The notes under the pieces: model-generated
What the model was told of the DNA's origin: nothing
What the model saw: the letters and a program-made list of their open reading frames with translations, nothing else
The model's database searches: none
Shown here: in pieces, positions 57,425 to 64,000 of the stretch
How positions within the stretch are numbered: position 1 is the stretch's first letter
Layout: each line of letters starts with the position of its first letter
Made by a program: the position numbers and the translations under genes
Assembly: GCA_951406725.2 (NCBI GenBank)
Contig: OX597832.1
Span: forward strand, 70,060,001 to 70,124,000
Source: Octopus vulgaris
Taxonomy: Eukaryota
Length of the DNA: 64,000 nucleotides
Reading direction: 5' to 3'

Positions 57425-60400
57425 GTCTCCAGCAGGCAGCTCCAGCAAGTTGTCACGTGACACTGTCTCACCTTAACTGTCTAGTGAAGGCGCGTAGTTT
57501 TAGCCAGCGCTTTTTCTAAACGACCGTCACCTGTCAGTCAGCTTGTCTCACCTAATGATGTTACTTCCCGTCGGCGTGTTTATGATTTTCAAGCCATTTT
57601 CGGTCTTCCCGCTTCAGCCATATATAGAAGCTGGCTTTTTCGACCGCCTCCCGTATTCTCCTTATTAGTTTACGCAGCTTGGGGCTAGAAAAAACAAATC
57701 TTCTTTTGAAAAGCGTTGTTATTTTCTTTTCAATGCAGCCTCTAGCCCCCACTGCCAGGTGATAATATTCGACATTCCATCCCAGTTCTCAGCATTCTTC
57801 GATTAGCTTTTTATACCTCTTCTTCTTTTGTTCCTCTGCATTGCCGATGTTCTCTTCCCAAGGTACTGTTAGTTCTAGTAAAATTCCCATTCTCCGGTCT
57901 CTGTTCCATAGAACTAAATCCGGTCTCTTTGTTTTTATTAGTGGAAATATTACTTGTCTTTCCAAGTCCGTGGCCACCTCCCAGTATCCCTTCCGTCTTT
58001 AGTCTATCTCGTATACTTTACTTGTAGGCCTGGTTTTATAACCTTTTCCCTCCTTGTTGGAGTATACTTTCCTGCGCTTTTCTACTTTTGGCTACTCTCC
58101 CCTATTGTACCTCTCGATCTTATCCTTGAGTGCTGCACTTATGATGCCGAGGACTTGATTATGCCGCCATGTATATCTTTCAAGTGCTAGTCTGCAACTT
58201 GACAGAACATGTCTAACCGTCGCTTTGTCTCCGCATCTACACTCGTCGGTTATTTTTATGTTCCACCGGACTAAGTTCGCCGGTGAGGGTAGAACGTCGA
58301 AGGTAGACTTGATCAGAAAGGATGTTCTTGCTTGTTCCCAAGCCCAAAGTTCCTTCCATGATATTCTGCGGTTGATCACATATTCCTCCCATCTCAGGCA
58401 CTGTCCCTATTGACTGCATTGCACCAAATGGACATTACGCCTTTCTTCTTTCTCCTTTCTCACTTCGTATACCACTGCCTCTTTCATCTCTTTTACACTG
58501 CTCTTGCAAAATGGCCTTAAGTTTTGCGACCCTAGGCCGGTTCTAGCTTCTTGCGTCGCTCCGACTATATCTGCGTGCCTTAGTTTTCCGATCGCCCTGT
58601 TTACTGCCTCTTCTGCGTTCCATTTCCTCCCTGTTCGTACCTTTGGAGGGTTTTCCCGGATGCTCTGATCTTTTGAATACCTTAGCATCATTACTGTCCT
58701 TGCCTTTCCTGCCTTATATTCTTCGGCGATTGATGTTATTGGTAGTTGCAGCACGGGTTTTCCATATAGTACAGTTGTATTCAGTGGTTTTGGCAGACCA
58801 AGCCATTTTCTGATAAACACACTGCATCTTTGTTCCATCCTTTCTACTCTACTCGAGGCTATTTCGTACATTTGCAATGGCCACATTATTCTTGGGTACA
58901 GCCCAAATTGCAGTATCCAACATTTGAATTTTCCCGGCAGCGTTGTTCTGTCAATTTCCTTTAATCCTTGTTCTACTAACTCGTGTGTTTCTTTCACTTG
59001 CTTCTTATCATTTAATAAATCTCTATACCATCTGCCGAGACTCTTTACTGGTTGTTCTTTCACCGTTGGTATGTCTTCACTTCCTATCCTAAATTTCACT
59101 TCTTCTTGCCTTCCTTTCACGAAAGCCACGCTTCGAGATTTTTTGGCTTTGAATTTCATCCTATCAGTTCGTCCAATCGCTCCAACGTTCCCTCTGCTGC
59201 TTCTCTACTTTCCGATTATATAGTTACGTCATCCATAAAGGCCCTTAATGGTGTCTTTGTAACAGATTTTTCACAGTTTGTAGATCTGAGTAGCATTTCC
59301 ATGACTAGCACGAATAAGATGACTGATATCGTGCATCCGACTGCAATACCTATGTCAAGCCGTTGCCACTCCGTTGTGAACTTCCCTGCTGTAAATCTCA
59401 TCCTCAGGTTGTCGTAGTACGACATGAGCATTCGTTGAACATCTTTTGGAATCCAAAAGAAGTCCATCGCTGTTTTTACTATTGTGTGCGGAACAGATCC
59501 ATAAGCATTGGCAAGATCTAGCCAAACAATATACAGGTTTGTCTTCTTTTGTTTTGCATAGGTGATGGCTTCCCAGATGGAAAATGCGTGTTCTATGCAC
59601 CCACGTATTCCGGGGATTCCTGCTTTTTGAATCGCTTAATTAACATATCCGTTATGCTGTACGAATCTTAGAATTCGTCTAGAAATTATTCCGAACATGA
59701 TATTCCCGTCTGTATTTAGTAGTGATATCGGTCTAATGTGGCCTAGTCATTTTGCCTCTTTTTCCTTAGGTAGATAGATACCTTCGGCTATACACGATCG
59801 CTCTGCTACATCTTTCTTCTTCCACATTTCTCTTATCAGTGCAAACAGCTGCAAACGTAATTTTGGGCAATATTTGTATACCTTGTAGCTCACTCCATCG
59901 TTCCCTGGTGCACTTTTTGCTCTTGCTTTCCTTATGAACTCATCCATTTCTTTCCGTTTGATGTCGCCCAAATCAAATGGTACTCTTGGTTCAGATGGTT
60001 TCTTCAGTCCGTGCATTTCATTCCGAGTCGCTGTATGTCTCTTTCAGATGTTGTTCGAGCTCTTCTTTTGTGCAATCCAATTTTCCGCTTTTACTTTCCG
60101 TAAATAGATGTTTCGCGTATTGATAAGGATTGTTCACAAAGCTACGATAGTTTTTTTCTCTCTCCTTTCTTCTGCTCCTCCTTCTTTGTTTTCTTAGCAG
60201 ATCTCGATGCCTCTTTTTTTATCTCTTCATATAGCTGCTTTAGCCCTTCTCTTTCCTCCTCCTTTGCATCCCTCCATCTGGTTCTGAGTTTTTTCTTCTC
60301 TTCTCGAATCTTTGCGACCCGTCTTTCTCTCCTCGATGGTCCGTTCTTTGCCATTGAGTCTACCTTCCCTGTTGTTTCCAGTCCAAATCTTTTTTCTCCA

Positions 60401-61300
60401 TCCTGGTAGATTGTATTAGACAGGTTTTCGAGCTTTTGTTCGTCGTCGCTTTTGGATTTGGTGGTCATTCTTGCTACCTCGTCGTCAAATTTTTATAACT
60501 CGCTGCGTCATTTGCTTTCGGCCACTTCACCTTTGTCTTCTTCACGCCTATCAGTCTTTTTGACTGTTCCAATTCAACTGTGGAATGAACCTCGCTATGG
60601 TTATTTTCCGGGGGGTTCTGGCCACGTCTTATGGTTTATCAGCCCGCGTTGTTGAATTACTTTCTTCTGGCACACCTTCCCTTGGTGGATTCTCAGCCCG
60701 ATGTAACTAGCAAACACCTTTCCGCAGCAGCTGAACTCCTCATCTACCATCCCTATACCGTTTCCTTTCTCATTGTCCATTTCCAGGTTCAAGTCAATTT
60801 CGTTTTTTTCCGTCCCTATTTGATCCTTTATTTCCCCCCTTGGTCCGGGATCATGGGGGGGCATGATTTCCCATGTTTTTGTTTATTGCAATTTTAGCCC
60901 GGATCGGGCTGCAAGCCCATTTGATCCTTCGTTACGCTGTCGTACTGTCAAGCGTCTCTACGCTTTGTCATCCCTCTTTCTGGATTGTCAGCAAGTCTTT
61001 CTCTGCAGTCAGTATCTGAAGAATTACAACCGTGTTTCGTGGTCTGCTACCACATTTCCTTTATATGATCCAGTTAGCTGAAGACATCATCGGGAGAAAT
61101 ACGCTCGGTTTCGGTCCCTACTCCTCTACCGTTTCGACGTGGCGCCCCCCCCCCTTTCGGAGGTGTCTTCGGCACAGGTGTTGGGTGCATGGCTTCTTTC
61201 TTCTTTTTCTGTTCCCTGGCCTCTTCAATGTATCGTCAGCGAGTGTCAGCCGGTGACTGACTGTCTTGTCAAATTTTTCCCTTTAAATACCTGCCGCATA
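57140..61300 (-). mobile_element. Hero-like non-LTR retrotransposon (N-terminal zinc finger, RT, RLE) flanked by ~280-bp direct repeats, in (TA)n
   Basis: CCGKVFASYIGLRIHQGKVC, SAPGNDGVSYKVYKYCP, WLDLANAYGSVPH, GIAVGCTISVILFVLVME, RAFMDD, VKSLGRWY, LPGKFKCWILQFGLYPRIMWP, CRCG..HVLSSC..RYTWRHNQVL, KRPDLVLW..LELTVPWEE. Several stops and frameshifts. Clade is assigned by motif resemblance only. Confidence 0.85.
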
Positions 61301-61315
61301 TATGTAAAGAAATAC

Positions 61316-61393
<78 letters not shown>

Positions 61394-61418
61394 GTATTTC
61401 TTTACATATATATGTATA

Positions 61419-61471
<53 letters not shown>

Positions 61472-61667
61472 AACACATATACATACACATATACACACAC
61501 ACACACACATATATATAATTTATTTAAAAGCAGCAGGAAGGGGAACATGAAACTCCGAGTAACAGTTTTTGTTAAATTTCTGCTGCTTTTAAATAAAGCA
61601 TATTACTCTACCTCTGATATTTGAGTACTCTTTTTTCCACCTTGTTTCACATATATGTGTTTACTCC

Positions 61668-61719
<52 letters not shown>

Positions 61720-61724
61720 TTTTC

Positions 61725-61922
61725 TAATATAGGCACAAGTTTTGAGAGAGGGGACCAGTCGATTAGATGGACCCCAGTACGCAAATTGTACTTAAAGTAT
61801 CAACCCCGTACGGATGAAAAGCAAATTCGACCGCGGCGGAATTCGAATTCACATGGTAAAGACAGACGAAATATCGCTAAGCATTTCGCCCGCCGTGATA
61901 ACGTTTTTGCCGGCTCACTGCC
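61725..61922 (-). mobile_element. SINE family B
   Basis: Reverse complement: ggcagtgagccggcaaaaacgttatcacggcgggcgaaatgcttagcg...ttcgaattccgccgcggtcga...gtactggggtc. Confidence 0.75.
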
Positions 61923-62249
61923 TATATATTTACACACACACACACACACGCACATGCACATATATATGTGTGTATATGTGTATACACGTATACATACATA
62001 CACATATATAGACATTGATGGAGGATATATTTCTGATTGGTCTGTATGTTCAATGCTTCCTTGCTTGCTCTTTGATTGGTAGTGCGGCATCGGTTACTTG
62101 TTTACTTACCAAGCTTAGAAATACGAACATGAAACGAAAAGTGTCTAAGAGGATCTTTCGCTTGAAAATCTTTATTTCAGTGACATCATCTGCTGTTATA
62201 TACTTACATAGATGTATATTTTATACATACTGTGTATAAGTGTGTGGAT

Positions 62250-62350
<101 letters not shown>

Positions 62351-62443
62351 TTATATATATATATATATACATACATACATACATACGTACATTCGTACAT
62401 ACATACATGCATATATATACAGTATGTATACATATGTATATAT

Positions 62444-62562
<119 letters not shown>

Positions 62563-62871
62563 CGTGTACTGTCAACTCAACGTGACAGTCCCGTAAAGGG
62601 AAATTACACCACCGCTATTTAGCCCTAGGAAGCATCGACGCTTCCTGTCGGCCTTGACACATTTCCTGTGTCTTTATATATTTACGAAGGGGAGACAAAC
62701 ACCCCAAACAGCTAGGCCTGCATCTAGAGACATGCATGTTTCTAGGTCTTGCTACTCGTTAAGTTGACAATATACAACAACTCTATTACTCCACCACCGC
62801 ACATATCTCTATGAGATATTTAAAAATTTAATATTTCTGATTTTGGTGATCAGTGAATAAACTTCACTGAA

Positions 62872-63011
62872 AAGTAGCTTGCTAACCAACCACATGGTTC
62901 CGGGTTCAGTCCCACTGCGTGCATCTTGGGCAAGTGTCTTCTGCTATAGCCCCGGGCCGACCAATGCCTTGTGAGTGGATTTGGTAGACGGAAACTGAAA
63001 GAAGCCTGTCG

Positions 63012-63099
<88 letters not shown>

Positions 63100-63315
63100 G
63101 GTTTGTGTGTTTGTGTTTGTCCCCCTAGCATTGCTTGACAACCGATGCTGGTGTGTTTACGTCCCCGTCACTTAGCGGTTTTGGGAAAAGGGACCGATAG
63201 AATAAGTACTGGGCTTACAAAGAATAAGTCTCGGGGTCGATTTGCTCGACTAAAGGCGGTGCTCCAGCATGGCCGCAGTCAAATGACTGAAACAAGTAAA
63301 AGAGAGAAAAGAGAA
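62872..63315 (+). mobile_element. SINE family A, lightly 5'-truncated
   Basis: aagtagcttgctaaccaaccacatggttccgggttcagtcccactgcg...aaatgactgaaacaagtaaaagag. Confidence 0.9.
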
Positions 63316-63366
63316 TATATATTTACGAAGTCAAGACAGATATCTTTAGCTAGCAGGCCTTGCTAC

Positions 63367-63412
63367 TCTAGACTGATGATGGGCAAGACCCAGAAACATG
63401 CATGTCTCTAGA
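63367..63412 (+). ncRNA. Compact canonical type I hammerhead ribozyme
   Basis: tctaga-CTGATGA-tggg-caaga-ccca-GAAA-catgcatg-TC-tctaga: all core nucleotides intact; predicted GUC cleavage after C63406. Confidence 0.92.
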
Positions 63413-63628
63413 TGCAGGCATAGCTGTTGGGGGTATTTGTCTCCCCTTCGTAAATATATAAGGACACAGGAAATGGCGTCAAGACCGACAGGAAGCGTCG
63501 ATGGTCTAAATAGCGGTGATGTAATTTCCCTTTACGGGACTGTCACGTTAAGTTGACAGTATACAACCACTCTATCGCTCCACCACCGCACATATCTCTA
63601 TGAAATATTTAGAAATGTAATATTTCTG

Positions 63629-63880
<252 letters not shown>

Positions 63881-64000
63881 CTCACATGTATGAACACTGG
63901 CATGTCTGTATGTGAGTGTGTGTGTATACATGTATGCATGTGTATGTATGTATATATGTACACATTTATACCAATATACCGTTCTTAAAATTCCTGAAGA

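Overview
AT-rich, microsatellite-saturated animal DNA with no supportable host exon; most ORFs in the track are translations of simple repeats. The repeat repertoire resembles octopus/cephalopod DNA (inference). The window is a dense nest of mobile DNA: three RTE-type LINE remnants ending in tandem C2H2 fingers; a near full-length R4/Dong-like RT+RLE element stacked with other units in (TAA)n; an internally deleted Tigger/pogo transposon; a full-length Penelope-like element (PLE; RT+GIY-YIG) with inverted terminal repeats plus two GIY-YIG remnants; a Hero-like RT+RLE element bracketed by ~280-bp LTR-like direct repeats; and two tRNA-type SINE families. The most striking unexplained signal is a set of unrelated, ORF-less inverted-repeat elements in or near (TA)n tracts, each carrying a readable type I hammerhead ribozyme with a short self-complementary stem III (37.7-39.4 kb, 43.4-43.8 kb, 62.6-63.6 kb). 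A ~1.83-kb tandem duplication and one fold-back may be assembly artefacts. Coordinates, folds and identities were read by eye.
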